Shown: positions 10,168 through 20,369, counted from the stretch's first letter. The stretch is 64,000 nucleotides of DNA from an uncultured Gammaproteobacteria bacterium (GCA_965231125.1 OZ246414.1:512137-576136), one strand, 5' to 3'. Numbers and translations are program-made. Notes: generated by a model from the sequence alone, not told the origin.

Positions 10168-10210
10168 AAGAATCCTTGTTTAAAAATAAATAAAAGCTAT
10201 AATAGTTCGC

Positions 10211-11092
10211 ATGAAAGACATCGAGTCGAAGATAAATAATTTGATTAAATCTACCAACCGAACTTGGGGTGTTTATGCAGAGGATATAGACACAGGTAAA
10301 AAGTTTGTACTCAACGAAAACAGAGTTTTTGAAACAGCAAGTACTATAAAGCTTTTCATTCTATTTGCGTTGTTTCAGAAAGTAAAGCTAGAAAAAGTTA
10401 ACTTAAAGACGCTTGTTAATGTCAAAAAAGAACATATCGGCGTGGTCGGTAGAAGTAGCGGTATCTTGCAGTATTTTAAACATTCGCATCCCTTGTCTTT
10501 ATACAATATTGCCCTGCTCATGATAATCATGAGTGATAATCCGGCAACTAATGTTTTGATAGATTATTTGGGTAAGGACTACATTAACGATTATATTTCC
10601 AAAGACTTGCAGTTAGAAAAAACTAAGCTTTTGACAGGCAAAGTAGATTTTCCAAAAAATTTTAGAGTTGAAAACACAAAAATGGGCACGACAACTCCTT
10701 ATGAAATTGCAACAACGCTAAAGAAATTAGAAGAAAACAAACTATTTGATAAAAAGACTTCAAAAAAAATAATCGAGATTCTTTCAAATCAGTTCTTTTC
10801 TAATGATATTCCGAGATACTTACCTACATGGATAAATGTAGGGATTAAAAGGTACAAAATAAGGAAGATCGCTAATAAAACCGGCTCAATTACCTACGAA
10901 GATGATAATTACTTCACGACAAGAAGCGATGCAGCTCTAATATACACTAAAAATAATCGCCGCTTTGTAATAGTTATCTATCATGAGGGGCCGAGCGATT
11001 ATAACCACTTATACACACCAGACAATAAGTACAGAATAATCGGAAGCAGAATTAGTAAAGCTTTATTCGACTATTTTTTTAAGAACGCTTAG
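10211..11092 (+). CDS. Class A beta-lactamase-like serine hydrolase (SxxK, SDN, KTG motifs)
   Basis: ASTIKLFI (SxxK), MSDNPATN (SDN) and ANKTGS (KTG), with spacing typical of class A beta-lactamases/PBP-like proteins. Very low GC (~33%). Confidence 0.65.
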   Translation: MKDIESKINNLIKSTNRTWGVYAEDIDTGKKFVLNENRVFETASTIKLFILFALFQKVKLEKVNLKTLVNVKKEHIGVVGRSSGILQYFKHSHPLSLYNIALLMIIMSDNPATNVLIDYLGKDYINDYISKDLQLEKTKLLTGKVDFPKNFRVENTKMGTTTPYEIATTLKKLEENKLFDKKTSKKIIEILSNQFFSNDIPRYLPTWINVGIKRYKIRKIANKTGSITYEDDNYFTTRSDAALIYTKNNRRFVIVIYHEGPSDYNHLYTPDNKYRIIGSRISKALFDYFFKNA

Positions 11093-11093
11093 A

Positions 11094-11516
11094 TTAACTT
11101 GCTGGCCAGGGGAAAGGCATCATATCATCTAGAGCAATTTCCTTAGTCTCGCCGTGTTGATTTGCCAAGATAATTAGCATTGGAATTTTTGAACGTAGAT
11201 AGCTTTCCCAAAGAAGTTGTTTACACATGTGGCAAGGCGCGGTAAATTCGCCTTTCCTAACAGGTTCATTGCTGGTTATGGCGATGGCTACTATCCCACT
11301 TTCGCCGTGGGCGGCGGCGTGCGACAAGGCGGCTTGTTCTGCGTGCAGTGTTAAAGAAGCAGTATCTGAACCATAATTACTAGCGGAGTAGATATTGCCT
11401 TTTTTAGTTAATACGGCGGCGGAATAAACCAACGGGTTATCTTTCGGATAAACGTTCTTAAGCGCCTTTTTAGCCTCACTAACAAGTTTTTCTTTTTGTA
11501 CCTTTGTTATTTTCAT
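11094..11516 (-). CDS. cdd: Cytidine deaminase
   Basis: HAEQAALSHAAAHGE and PCHMCKQLL zinc-binding motifs. Confidence 0.8.
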   Translation of the reverse strand: MKITKVQKEKLVSEAKKALKNVYPKDNPLVYSAAVLTKKGNIYSASNYGSDTASLTLHAEQAALSHAAAHGESGIVAIAITSNEPVRKGEFTAPCHMCKQLLWESYLRSKIPMLIILANQHGETKEIALDDMMPFPWPAS

Positions 11517-11597
11517 ATTTTGAATTCTACTTTTTTACGTAGTTAAAAAGCAAGAATGTTCACTTATTGTGGAGATTCTTATACATAAAATGCTAGA

Positions 11598-12236
11598 ATG
11601 TTAGCGATGGAAAAAGCCAGTTCAAAAGTACAACTTCCCATAAACAAAGCGCATCGTGTTATTTCCCCACGTATTGCTTACATAGTCACGAGTGTTGACA
11701 AACAGGGCAAAGTTAACGCCGCCTCTTTTTCAAACATAACTTCTGTTTCAACTGAACCAGAAAGATTGGTGCTAGCGGTTTATAAAGACTGGGATACATT
11801 AAAAAATATCCGCGGGACAAAAGAATTTGTTGTGAACGTTCCACCGAAAGAACTAATAGAACAGGTTTGGATTTGTGGGGATAAATATGCTGGTAATCCT
11901 ATACCTCGAGGAGTTAATGAGTTAGAGGTAGCTGATCTAACACAAATTCCATCTGAAAAAATTGCACCTCCTCGTATTGCTGAGTGCAATATGCATTTAG
12001 AGTGCAAGATGGTTTGGATAAAAAATGTCGGTAATCATTATTTGATTTTGGCAGATATAGTATCCGCTTCATCAACATCGGGAAGTTTCGACGAGGATTT
12101 CATTCAAAATATAAATCAAACCGCACCGCTGATGGAAATTTCGAGCGGTTTTTTCACTTATCCTGAGCAAGCCATTGAAGTAGATAGAGAAAAAGCTAAA
12201 AACAAAGTAGCAGAAAAATTAAAGAAAAATGAATAG
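11598..12236 (+). CDS. Flavin reductase-like (FMN-binding split-barrel) domain protein
   Basis: VISPRIAYIVTSVDKQGKVNAASFS...LVLAV pattern of the flavin reductase-like domain. Confidence 0.55.
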   Translation: MLAMEKASSKVQLPINKAHRVISPRIAYIVTSVDKQGKVNAASFSNITSVSTEPERLVLAVYKDWDTLKNIRGTKEFVVNVPPKELIEQVWICGDKYAGNPIPRGVNELEVADLTQIPSEKIAPPRIAECNMHLECKMVWIKNVGNHYLILADIVSASSTSGSFDEDFIQNINQTAPLMEISSGFFTYPEQAIEVDREKAKNKVAEKLKKNE

Positions 12237-12648
12237 TGATTGCCCTTTTTGCGATTTTAAGGAAGACAGGATTTTAAAAGAAGGCGAACATGCCTACGTT
12301 ATCTTTAGTAACCCAAGATTAATGCCAGGGCATCTTCTTGTGATATCTAAGCGACATGTTCAAAAGCTTTTGCAACTGTCAGAAGAAGAGCGAAAAGAAA
12401 TTATGGATTTTGTTATCGAGTTTGAAGAAAAGATTTTAGATAAGCTTGCGTTAGGATGTGATATTCGTCAAAATTACAAACCTTACGTTAAAAACAGCCA
12501 AACCCATGTGAGTCATTTTCACTTTCACTTGAATCCAAGAAATTTTGAAGACGAGCTTTACGAGAAGGCGGACATCTACCGAAAACCTCTTTATAGAAAG
12601 TTGCCCGACGAAGAAAGAGAAAGACTTTTTAATTTTCTTAAGGACTAG
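12229..12648 (+). CDS. HIT family hydrolase
   Basis: Histidine triad HVSHFHFHL. GHLLVISKRHV region. Confidence 0.75.
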   Translation: MNSDCPFCDFKEDRILKEGEHAYVIFSNPRLMPGHLLVISKRHVQKLLQLSEEERKEIMDFVIEFEEKILDKLALGCDIRQNYKPYVKNSQTHVSHFHFHLNPRNFEDELYEKADIYRKPLYRKLPDEERERLFNFLKD

Positions 12649-12655
12649 GGTTTAA

Positions 12656-13135
12656 ATGGAAAAATCTCGAAACATAAAATCCACGGTTTCTGTTTTCATT
12701 CAAAAAGACGGAAAATGGTTGATGCTGCGCCGAGCCAAAGATAAAAAATATTTGCCGGGAATTATTAATGGGCCAGGCGGGAAAATTGAAAGAGGCGAGG
12801 GCATTTTAGAAGCCGCCAGACGCGAGCTTATGGAAGAGACTGGTACTGCTGCCAAGAACTTAAAGTTGAAGGCAGCCGGAGTTGGCGGGTTTATTGACGA
12901 TGAAGATGAATATCATTTTAAGGTTGTAGTTGGGGATTGGGAGGTTGGTAATCCAAAGACAACTGATGGCCAGCTGCTTTGGCTAACTCCAGAGGAAGTT
13001 CTAGCCGAGAAAGACACTCTAGCTGAGCTACTACACGTTTTTAAGAAATTTGTCGATCCGGACCAGCCAGTTTTTACCTATAAATCTCTTTATACCCACC
13101 CGAATAACTTAGTTGAGATTGTTGTTGAGGAATAA
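12656..13135 (+). CDS. NUDIX hydrolase
   Basis: Nudix box GPGGKIERGEGILEAARRELMEETG. Confidence 0.75.
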   Translation: MEKSRNIKSTVSVFIQKDGKWLMLRRAKDKKYLPGIINGPGGKIERGEGILEAARRELMEETGTAAKNLKLKAAGVGGFIDDEDEYHFKVVVGDWEVGNPKTTDGQLLWLTPEEVLAEKDTLAELLHVFKKFVDPDQPVFTYKSLYTHPNNLVEIVVEE

Positions 13136-13819
13136 TTAATTGTTAATGTTTTTAATCCCAATTTCGGGAAAGATGATTTTGTTGTCAAAAGTGAGAATGA
13201 ATTCAATTACTTTGGCCACTTCGTTTGGAGTTAGAGAATTCTCCATGGATTTTTTAAAGCCGGCTTTTTCGAAAAGCTTAGTGTTTATCATGCCAGGGTA
13301 GATGCCAGTTACGCCAATGCCGTATTTTGCTAGTTCCGGTTGCAAAGCTTTTGTAAACCCAGTAACGGCCCATTTAGAAGCGGTGTAGACCGACCGCTGG
13401 ACTCTTGCGTAAAACCCGGCTTGGCTAATAATGTTGATTATTAACCCAGATTTGCGCTTTTTCATCACCGGAATAGTAGCTTTTGTTAATAAAATAGTAC
13501 CAGTAGTGTTTACTTCGACGGCTCTTTCTACTTCTTCGGGAGAATTTTCTTCAAGCTCTCCTTGAATCCAGAGCCCAGCGTTATTAATCAGACAATCAAT
13601 TCTCTTGTATTTTTCGACAATTCTTTCGATTGCGCCTTCTACATCTTCCCATTTGGAAACACCGCAGACTTCAAAATCTACACCTAGTCCCATTGCCGCC
13701 TTTTCCACTTTTTCTTTGGTAGGGGAGAGGATAATAACTTTGTGGGATTTTGAAAGAGTGCGGGCGATTTCTTTACCCAAACCGTCACTCCCACCAGATA
13801 TAACGACAACTTTTTCCAT
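13136..13819 (-). CDS. Short-chain dehydrogenase/reductase (SDR) family oxidoreductase
   Basis: VVISGGSDGLGKEIA (TGxxxGxG-like) and YTASKWAV (YxxxK). Confidence 0.8.
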   Translation of the reverse strand: MEKVVVISGGSDGLGKEIARTLSKSHKVIILSPTKEKVEKAAMGLGVDFEVCGVSKWEDVEGAIERIVEKYKRIDCLINNAGLWIQGELEENSPEEVERAVEVNTTGTILLTKATIPVMKKRKSGLIINIISQAGFYARVQRSVYTASKWAVTGFTKALQPELAKYGIGVTGIYPGMINTKLFEKAGFKKSMENSLTPNEVAKVIEFILTFDNKIIFPEIGIKNINN

Positions 13820-14031
13820 AGGGCAATTATAGCAAATTAACTCAATAAAATTTTGTAGCTTACACCAAAAATGCTAGGAGGGAAACTTAAAATTAGATAA
13901 CTTAGATTCCTGACTTTAATTTGCACTACTTATGCTATAGAATATAGGTAGCATTTAAATTTATTGTTGACTAGCATTTACAATAATGCAGGTGATAGAA
14001 TAAAAGCAGCCCTAAAAATTCTAAACTGTCC

Positions 14032-16878
14032 ATGTCTCAGTCAACAAGTTTTTTAGATTCTGTTAAAAAACCTCTTACAAAATTTAGTAAATCTAGTTTT
14101 CTACGCTCTCGGAGAATCTGGGCCCTTGTAGGCTTAATAGGTTTAATTATAGTTTTTTGGGCGTTGCCAACTTATGCTGCTGCCGCACCTGGGCAAATTG
14201 GTTATCCAATAAAACGTGCTGAAGAAGCAGTTGTAGTCGCTTTGGCACCAACAAGTGGTTTACGTGATAGCCTAAAACTAGATTTTGCGGTTCGTAGGGT
14301 CCGAGAAGCAGCCTATATAGCTAACCAAGCAGATCAAGCCGGAACGGAATCGACTATCGGTTATCTACTTAACCACGGTCTAGCTAACTACGTTTATGCT
14401 GCTACTAACTCTAGTCAAGATGAGGCGAAAACGGCTGCTACAATTAATGACCTACTCCTACAATTCGAATCAACCTACAAAAATAATACCGAACAATTAG
14501 ACCAAACTGTTGATCAAGATAAAAAGATTTCTCAAACAGATGCTGAGAAATTTAGAAAAAATACTGTTGATATTTACACCAGATTAGAACTTCTGCGCTT
14601 GCAGGCACCAAGCGCAGCGCAACTGTCTGTACTCACGAGTATTGATACTATCCAACAAAACTTGGCTGTCGTAAATGATTTGTTGGGTAAAGCGCCAATT
14701 TCCGTTAGTGATGTTTCGCAGCTTACTAAACTTGTTCCAGCTGGACTTCTTTCTAAAACTGACGTGGATAGTCTACTAAACAAAGTCAGCAGTAATCGAG
14801 AGTTCCACACCAAACTTAAAGATTTAGTTAATACAGGTAAACTACCCTCAGATATACTATATAGTCTCGACCAAGATGTTATTAAGCAGGTAAATCCATC
14901 ACAAGCCAACGTTTTTGAAGCAGTATCCGAATTTGAGCAAATGGAGCGTATCAGCGCAGTGATTCAAGCTAGCCGACCAACTGCTGCCCAACAGCAGGAT
15001 ATCCAAAATTATTTAGCCACTTACAAGCCGGGTCGGCAAATACCAAAAAATGATAGCAAACGATTTGTAGTACCGATTGTCTATGGTATGACACTCGCCG
15101 GCCAACTACAAACAGATATTTCTAGCCTTGATAATGTTCACCTTAATAGTGATGACCAAGCACTTTTCGACAAATGGAAGGGTAGCTTAACCGCCAACCA
15201 ACAAAATCTTAGTCAGCTTTACCAACAATTAATGACCGGTGCGTCTCTTCAGCCGGAGTTGCACACTCGAGCTCTAATACGTATGCAGTCTGAACTGGTT
15301 GACGGCGAAAAAGAGGACGTGACTCATTTGGTACTACCACCCGGATGGAATGCCGATCAACTCGGTCCCTTAAGCAACCAAATGGCAGTCGAGATTGCCG
15401 AGGCGAGATTTATCCAATCTAGTCCAAAAGAGCAAGAATCACAAATTACTCTTACTCAGAAAGAATTGCAGAAGAGCCTGGAAACCGTCAAAGAATCTCA
15501 GAGCAAGACCTTAACTACTTTGAAAACTCGTATTAACAATTTTTCAGGTACGCCAGAAGAACTTACTAAGCTAAAAGAAAGCTTTACTCTCTTAACTGCC
15601 GACCAAACCAATACCCTCACTACCTTGAAGTCTCAAATCGATGGGTTAGGCACGGCCCATTTACAACTAACTGGTTCCATAGAAACTGTTGCTAAAGAGC
15701 AGCTTATCGCTTTAACCGAACTAGAACTAAGAGCAGCTAGTAATGCCACACAACTGACAACGTCTGTAAAAACTGATCTTTCAGCTAAACTAGTTAAGCT
15801 TGAGCAAACCAATCAGCAGTTGGTCAATGCTTTTCAAACTAAAATTGATAGTCTAGACACTACCCAAACCGATTTGCAAACACAATTAACCAACTCTATT
15901 GAAACGATTCAAAACAATCAAACAGACATCGAGACACGTTTGCAAGCTCAGATTGATTCAGGTTTAGCAGCTGCTGGGCAACTGCAGACTACTCTGAGTA
16001 GTGTACAAACTAGTATTACTGGGCAAGCCAGTCAACTCTCAACCCTCGGGACTAGTACTACTGCGCTAACTACACTTGTCAATCAAGTCAAAACTACTTC
16101 GACAGAGCAATCCACGCAGCTACAGAGTCAAATTGATGGTTTAAAAATTGAACAACAGAGTGTCCGAGACTCGATTGAAACTTTGAGAACCCAACAGACA
16201 GCTGAACTGAACCAATTAACAGGACAGTTAACAACTCTGAATGCTCTACAAACCGAAACCCAAGTAACTCTTGAAACACTTGCTACGCAACAAACGAACC
16301 TCGCCTCTGATATAATCAATCTATCAAATAACTTTACACAAGTGCAATCGCTTCTGTATGATGTCGAGGAATCCCAAACTGCGGTTCAAGCTGATATTAC
16401 GAACCAACAGTCAGAGCTTACTAGTTTAAGCACGCAAACCCAAGCAGCTTTGAGCGACTTGAGCGGGCAACTCTCTCAATTTACTTCCCAGCTTGGCAGT
16501 TTGACTGCAACGGCGACAACTTTATCCCAGGTAGTAACGAGCATAGAACAAGCCAGCAGCGCAACCCAGAGCGAACTCGACACCTTAATAGCCAACCCAC
16601 CTTGGTCGATCATACCGGAAGGTACTTACGTTACTGCCTCCCAGTTCGATACTTTAAAAACTGAAATTGATAGTCAATTTGCCCAAAAATCAGCCGAGCT
16701 CGATCAAGAATTTCAGGCATATCAGCAGCTGCTCCACGCCGAGGTGCAGCAGCTCGGTCAAACAACTAGCAGCCAAAATACTACTTTGCAGCAAGAAGTT
16801 AACGAACTACGTCAACAATTGGAAACTTTGCAAACCCAGGTCGAACAATTGACTCCGCCAACTACTCCTGGTTTATAA
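14032..16878 (+). CDS. Large (948 aa) membrane-anchored coiled-coil/low-complexity surface protein, hypothetical
   Basis: N-terminal TM (residues ~27-49). Then ~900 aa rich in Q/T/S/L with heptad-like repeats (QLTTSVKTDLSAKLVKLEQTNQQLVNAFQTKIDSLDTTQTDLQTQL...). Confidence 0.6.
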   Translation: MSQSTSFLDSVKKPLTKFSKSSFLRSRRIWALVGLIGLIIVFWALPTYAAAAPGQIGYPIKRAEEAVVVALAPTSGLRDSLKLDFAVRRVREAAYIANQADQAGTESTIGYLLNHGLANYVYAATNSSQDEAKTAATINDLLLQFESTYKNNTEQLDQTVDQDKKISQTDAEKFRKNTVDIYTRLELLRLQAPSAAQLSVLTSIDTIQQNLAVVNDLLGKAPISVSDVSQLTKLVPAGLLSKTDVDSLLNKVSSNREFHTKLKDLVNTGKLPSDILYSLDQDVIKQVNPSQANVFEAVSEFEQMERISAVIQASRPTAAQQQDIQNYLATYKPGRQIPKNDSKRFVVPIVYGMTLAGQLQTDISSLDNVHLNSDDQALFDKWKGSLTANQQNLSQLYQQLMTGASLQPELHTRALIRMQSELVDGEKEDVTHLVLPPGWNADQLGPLSNQMAVEIAEARFIQSSPKEQESQITLTQKELQKSLETVKESQSKTLTTLKTRINNFSGTPEELTKLKESFTLLTADQTNTLTTLKSQIDGLGTAHLQLTGSIETVAKEQLIALTELELRAASNATQLTTSVKTDLSAKLVKLEQTNQQLVNAFQTKIDSLDTTQTDLQTQLTNSIETIQNNQTDIETRLQAQIDSGLAAAGQLQTTLSSVQTSITGQASQLSTLGTSTTALTTLVNQVKTTSTEQSTQLQSQIDGLKIEQQSVRDSIETLRTQQTAELNQLTGQLTTLNALQTETQVTLETLATQQTNLASDIINLSNNFTQVQSLLYDVEESQTAVQADITNQQSELTSLSTQTQAALSDLSGQLSQFTSQLGSLTATATTLSQVVTSIEQASSATQSELDTLIANPPWSIIPEGTYVTASQFDTLKTEIDSQFAQKSAELDQEFQAYQQLLHAEVQQLGQTTSSQNTTLQQEVNELRQQLETLQTQVEQLTPPTTPGL

Positions 16879-16970
16879 ACCCTATGGGTTTGCGCTTAAA
16901 AATCTAATGATCGCTAGCGCGCCTTGCGTCCTTCGGACTAATGCTCGCTCTGAAATAGAAAGAAGGTAAA

Positions 16971-17117
16971 ATGAGAATCTTGGAATTTATAGCAGCAGTA
17001 TTAGTAGTTTTATGGTTAGTTGGTTTTATTCTCCATATTGCCGGAAACTTAATCCATTTTCTACTAATAGCAGCAATTATTGTTTTAGCATTTAGATTTT
17101 TTAAGAAAATTTTCTAG
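16971..17117 (+). CDS. lmo0937-family small membrane protein (48 aa)
   Basis: MRILEFIAAVLVVLWLVGFILHIAGNLIHFLLIAAIIVLAFRFFKKIF. Not in the ORF track (<60 aa). Preceded by AGAAGG SD 7 nt upstream. Pattern LW-L-GF--HI-G-LIH-LL matches the lmo0937 family. Confidence 0.55.
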   Translation: MRILEFIAAVLVVLWLVGFILHIAGNLIHFLLIAAIIVLAFRFFKKIF

Positions 17118-17408
17118 ATTCAATTGAACCAAGTCTAGAGCAACAAAAAGTCCTTCTTAGTTCGATTTTTCCCTCCAGAATTGCTTGGAACTACCCGGGC
17201 ATTTCGAGCTACGATATTGTGCCGTTGTATCAATCAATTATTACATTTACAACTCCTGGTGTCCACTTTGGTGACCCTAGCAACTCTGCAATTAAACACC
17301 TTAGTACAGGTTCTACAACAATGGCGAAGTCTAAACCTTCTTCAACCACTTGAAGCTAACAATAAGTTTAGTGGTAACTACCTAAGTTGATTAGAATCTT
17401 AGTAAAAC

Positions 17409-18356
17409 TCATTTACTGAACAGTATTAACAATAGATACGATGCGAAAACAACCAATAATATTAGCCCAAAATACTGAGGAACTCTCTTACCTTTATAAG
17501 TATAAATTAGAAAACAGAAAATTAGGCTAAAAACTGCAAAAAAGAACAAAGGGATGAGGTTAGTTATTCCTTTAGCATTAAAAATACCCAAGATACCACC
17601 ACCGATAAGAATATTGTAGATATTGCTACCCAAGATATTTCCAACCGCCAGTTTATCTTCTTTTTTCAAAAGACTAGTTACTGTAATAACGAGCTCTGGT
17701 AGAGATGTACTTATAGAGACTGCAACCAACCCAATCAAAAATGGAGACACGCCAAGCAGGTAGGCTAGTTTTACTCCAGAATCTACCAATAACTTACTAC
17801 CAAGAAGAAGGGAGGATAGTGACAAAGCTAAAAGGAGAACCGCCAGCAGTAGGTTTCTATGGTCTTTACCAAGTTCATTTAGCACTTTCTTATCCTCGTC
17901 CAACGCACCTTGCTCACCTTGCCTGATTTGCCACACTATAGCTGCTATACCTAGGGAAAGAAGTAACAGTCCTGTTACAACTTGAAGCCCCATCAGAAGT
18001 AAAATGAAAAAGAATAAAGTGCTTAGCAAGAGGTAAAAAAGCATATTCTTTTGAGTTTTTAATGTTCCGATATAGATACTGCGAAAAGTCAAGGCTAAAC
18101 CAAAAATCAAACCAATGTTTGCAATGTTAGAACCAACAATATCTCCTAGAGAAAGTTCGGTTGTGTGATTAAGACCACTTTGCAGGGCAACAGAAATTTC
18201 GGGCAGCGAAGTCCCAATCGCTACAACTGTAAAACCAATTACTAAAGGAGAGATACGAATCTTTCCTGCTAGTATCAGGGCATTTCTAACAAGCCCCCTG
18301 CTTCCTAAGAGCAGAAACAACAATCCTGTAAGAAAGAGCAGAATATTTGGGAGCAT
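17409..18356 (-). CDS. Ca2+/cation antiporter (CaCA family, YrbG-like Na+/Ca2+ exchanger)
   Basis: Two alpha-repeats: GTSLPEISV...GDIVGSNIANIGLIFG and STSLPELVITV...GNILGSNIYNILIGGG. Confidence 0.75.
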   Translation of the reverse strand: MLPNILLFLTGLLFLLLGSRGLVRNALILAGKIRISPLVIGFTVVAIGTSLPEISVALQSGLNHTTELSLGDIVGSNIANIGLIFGLALTFRSIYIGTLKTQKNMLFYLLLSTLFFFILLLMGLQVVTGLLLLSLGIAAIVWQIRQGEQGALDEDKKVLNELGKDHRNLLLAVLLLALSLSSLLLGSKLLVDSGVKLAYLLGVSPFLIGLVAVSISTSLPELVITVTSLLKKEDKLAVGNILGSNIYNILIGGGILGIFNAKGITNLIPLFFFAVFSLIFCFLIYTYKGKRVPQYFGLILLVVFASYLLLILFSK

Positions 18357-18405
18357 AGCTTTATTTTACCCCACTCTGAAAGAGAAAACAGTCTATAATG
18401 AAAGT

Positions 18406-18573
18406 ATGAAGTTAAAACACATCTGGTTGATTTTAGCCGCCTATGGAGTTTGGTTCGCAATTTTGTCTGGTTTAGAGCAAGCCTCCACTGGAAAATATTG
18501 GAAGTTTGCTTTGAGTTTGGTATTGGGGGTTGTAACCTACTGGATTATTGAACGAAGGTTAAAAGAAAAGTGA
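18406..18573 (+). CDS. Small 2-TM membrane protein (55 aa), hypothetical
   Basis: Open frame MKLKHIWLILAAYGVWFAILSGLEQASTGKYWKFALSLVLGVVTYWIIERRLKEK. Below the ORF-track size cutoff. Weak support. Confidence 0.25.
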   Translation: MKLKHIWLILAAYGVWFAILSGLEQASTGKYWKFALSLVLGVVTYWIIERRLKEK

Positions 18574-19070
18574 CTAAATAAACTGCTACAACAACTAAAA
18601 TGGTGACCCACGTAAGTTCCTGTTCAGATTCAAGGACTTCGTGACTTAATTTAAGTTATCTGGATTATACGAATTGCAACCTCTATTAAACAAGTATTCT
18701 TATCTCTAAATAATGTAGACACTGATATTATCCTATAATTTACTTTGAAGGCTATTTTTGATATAATCCTTTCTAGTCTGCCTAAGTAAAATATGTTATT
18801 TGGGTTAGATACATTCCTTACAGTTGCCTTTTTATATTGTTCTTCCCCTGCTCTCGCATTTATCGATTTTGTGAATTTTAATAGTTGCACAGAACTATAT
18901 TGTTTATGATTGGAGTAAACATTCTTGGTTCCAATATATTTGTTATATTCGGAGCCCATTTTAATAGCTTGGCAGCAAAGATACTGACGTCAGTAGCTGT
19001 TTTCCTGGCTATTTTAGTAATAAGCAGTTTTATCATCACCCGTCTCATCAAGCTTTTCGTTAAGTAACTT

Positions 19071-20369
19071 ATGAATACTACTCTCCCAATACTAACGGTG
19101 CTTGTGGTGACTTTAGGTTTAATTAATCTTTTTCGCTTGTCATTAATGTTGATTGGGTCTGATATCTATAACCTCAGAGTAAAAAGTAAACGTAACAAAC
19201 CTAACGACTACTTACCAAAAATAAGTGTAATAATCCCAGCTTACAATGAGCAGGAGAGTGTAGCTAAGTGTCTTACTTCTGTTTTTGAGGCTGACTATAA
19301 CCAGGAAAAATTGGAAGTAATCGTGGTTTGTGATGGATCAACCGATAAAACGCTTCAAGTGGTCGAGAGTTTTAGAAAGCAGTTTAATTTAAGCAATCTT
19401 AAAGTTGTGACCCAACCAAACTTAGGAAAAGCCCACGCTCTCAATAATGGAATGAAAAATCACGCAACAGGAGAACTCGTTATGTGCTTAGATGCCGATT
19501 CTTTCTTGGAAAAGACAGCGTTTCAAAAGGTTATCAAGTACTTTCAAGACGAAAAGGTAATGGCAGTAGCCGCAAATGTCAAAATAGCTGGAGCCAAAGG
19601 GCTATTGAACTTAATTCAACAGTTTGAATATTTAATTTGTTACCAAATGAAGCGGGCACAGTCCCAATACAATATTGAGTATATTATTGGCGGAATTGGT
19701 TCTGCCTTTAGAAAGAGCTATTTGGAGAAGGTTGGTTACTACGATGCTAACACAGTTACAGAGGATATTGATTTGACAATGAAAATTTTACGGGAAGGTA
19801 ATAAAAAAGTTAAAGTTACCTACGCTTCAGATGTTGTTTGTTACACGCAAGCCTGTGTAAGTATAAGGGATCTGATTAAGCAAAGATCAAGGTGGAAGTG
19901 GGGTAGGTATCAAACTTTCTTAAAGAATAAAGAAATGTTTTTTTCCTCTGACGAAAATTTCACTAAAGGGTTGTCCTGGTTCTATCTGCCTTTTGCTCTT
20001 TGGAACGACCTAACCTTCGTTTTTGAACCAATTATATTGGTCTTTATTGCGACTATTTCAATTATCTTTCGTGACCCACTGATTCTTTTATCCTCACTAG
20101 TGGTAATGACATTTTACTTAATAATGAACATCTTGGCAGAGGATACGGTTTCACTACCAAGTAAGATCAAAATGATTTTGATCTCACCCCTGATATATTT
20201 TCTTTTCTTTGTTCTAAGTTACGTGGAGTATGTTGCCTTGGTCAGCTCCCTCATCAAATTACCTACTTTAAGAAACAGTCTTTCAAACAACTTCAACAAA
20301 TGGGTTTCGCCTAAAAGAGTTGTGGCTATTTTAGCCGAACTAAGTATAAAAAGAAACAGTACAATTTGA
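19071..20369 (+). CDS. Family 2 glycosyltransferase, processive synthase type (D,D,D,QxxRW)
   Basis: VIIPAYNEQESV, VVCDGSTDKT, CLDADS and QRSRWKWG motifs, plus multi-TM N- and C-terminal regions as in cellulose/chitin/PNAG-type synthases. Confidence 0.8.
   Translation: MNTTLPILTVLVVTLGLINLFRLSLMLIGSDIYNLRVKSKRNKPNDYLPKISVIIPAYNEQESVAKCLTSVFEADYNQEKLEVIVVCDGSTDKTLQVVESFRKQFNLSNLKVVTQPNLGKAHALNNGMKNHATGELVMCLDADSFLEKTAFQKVIKYFQDEKVMAVAANVKIAGAKGLLNLIQQFEYLICYQMKRAQSQYNIEYIIGGIGSAFRKSYLEKVGYYDANTVTEDIDLTMKILREGNKKVKVTYASDVVCYTQACVSIRDLIKQRSRWKWGRYQTFLKNKEMFFSSDENFTKGLSWFYLPFALWNDLTFVFEPIILVFIATISIIFRDPLILLSSLVVMTFYLIMNILAEDTVSLPSKIKMILISPLIYFLFFVLSYVEYVALVSSLIKLPTLRNSLSNNFNKWVSPKRVVAILAELSIKRNSTI

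Noticed and set aside
17181-17390. 69-aa ORF in the spacer between the lmo0937-like gene and the CaCA gene
   Set aside because: No SD. Leu/Gln-rich low-complexity translation. Convergent gene ends make a terminator region more likely.
18600-19070. ORFs 18651-18959 (-) and 18885-19067 (+) in the AT-rich region upstream of the GT2 gene
   Set aside because: Very AT-rich, low-complexity translations, mutually overlapping. More likely a promoter/regulatory spacer. The 60-aa plus-strand ORF could be a real leader membrane peptide, but evidence is insufficient.
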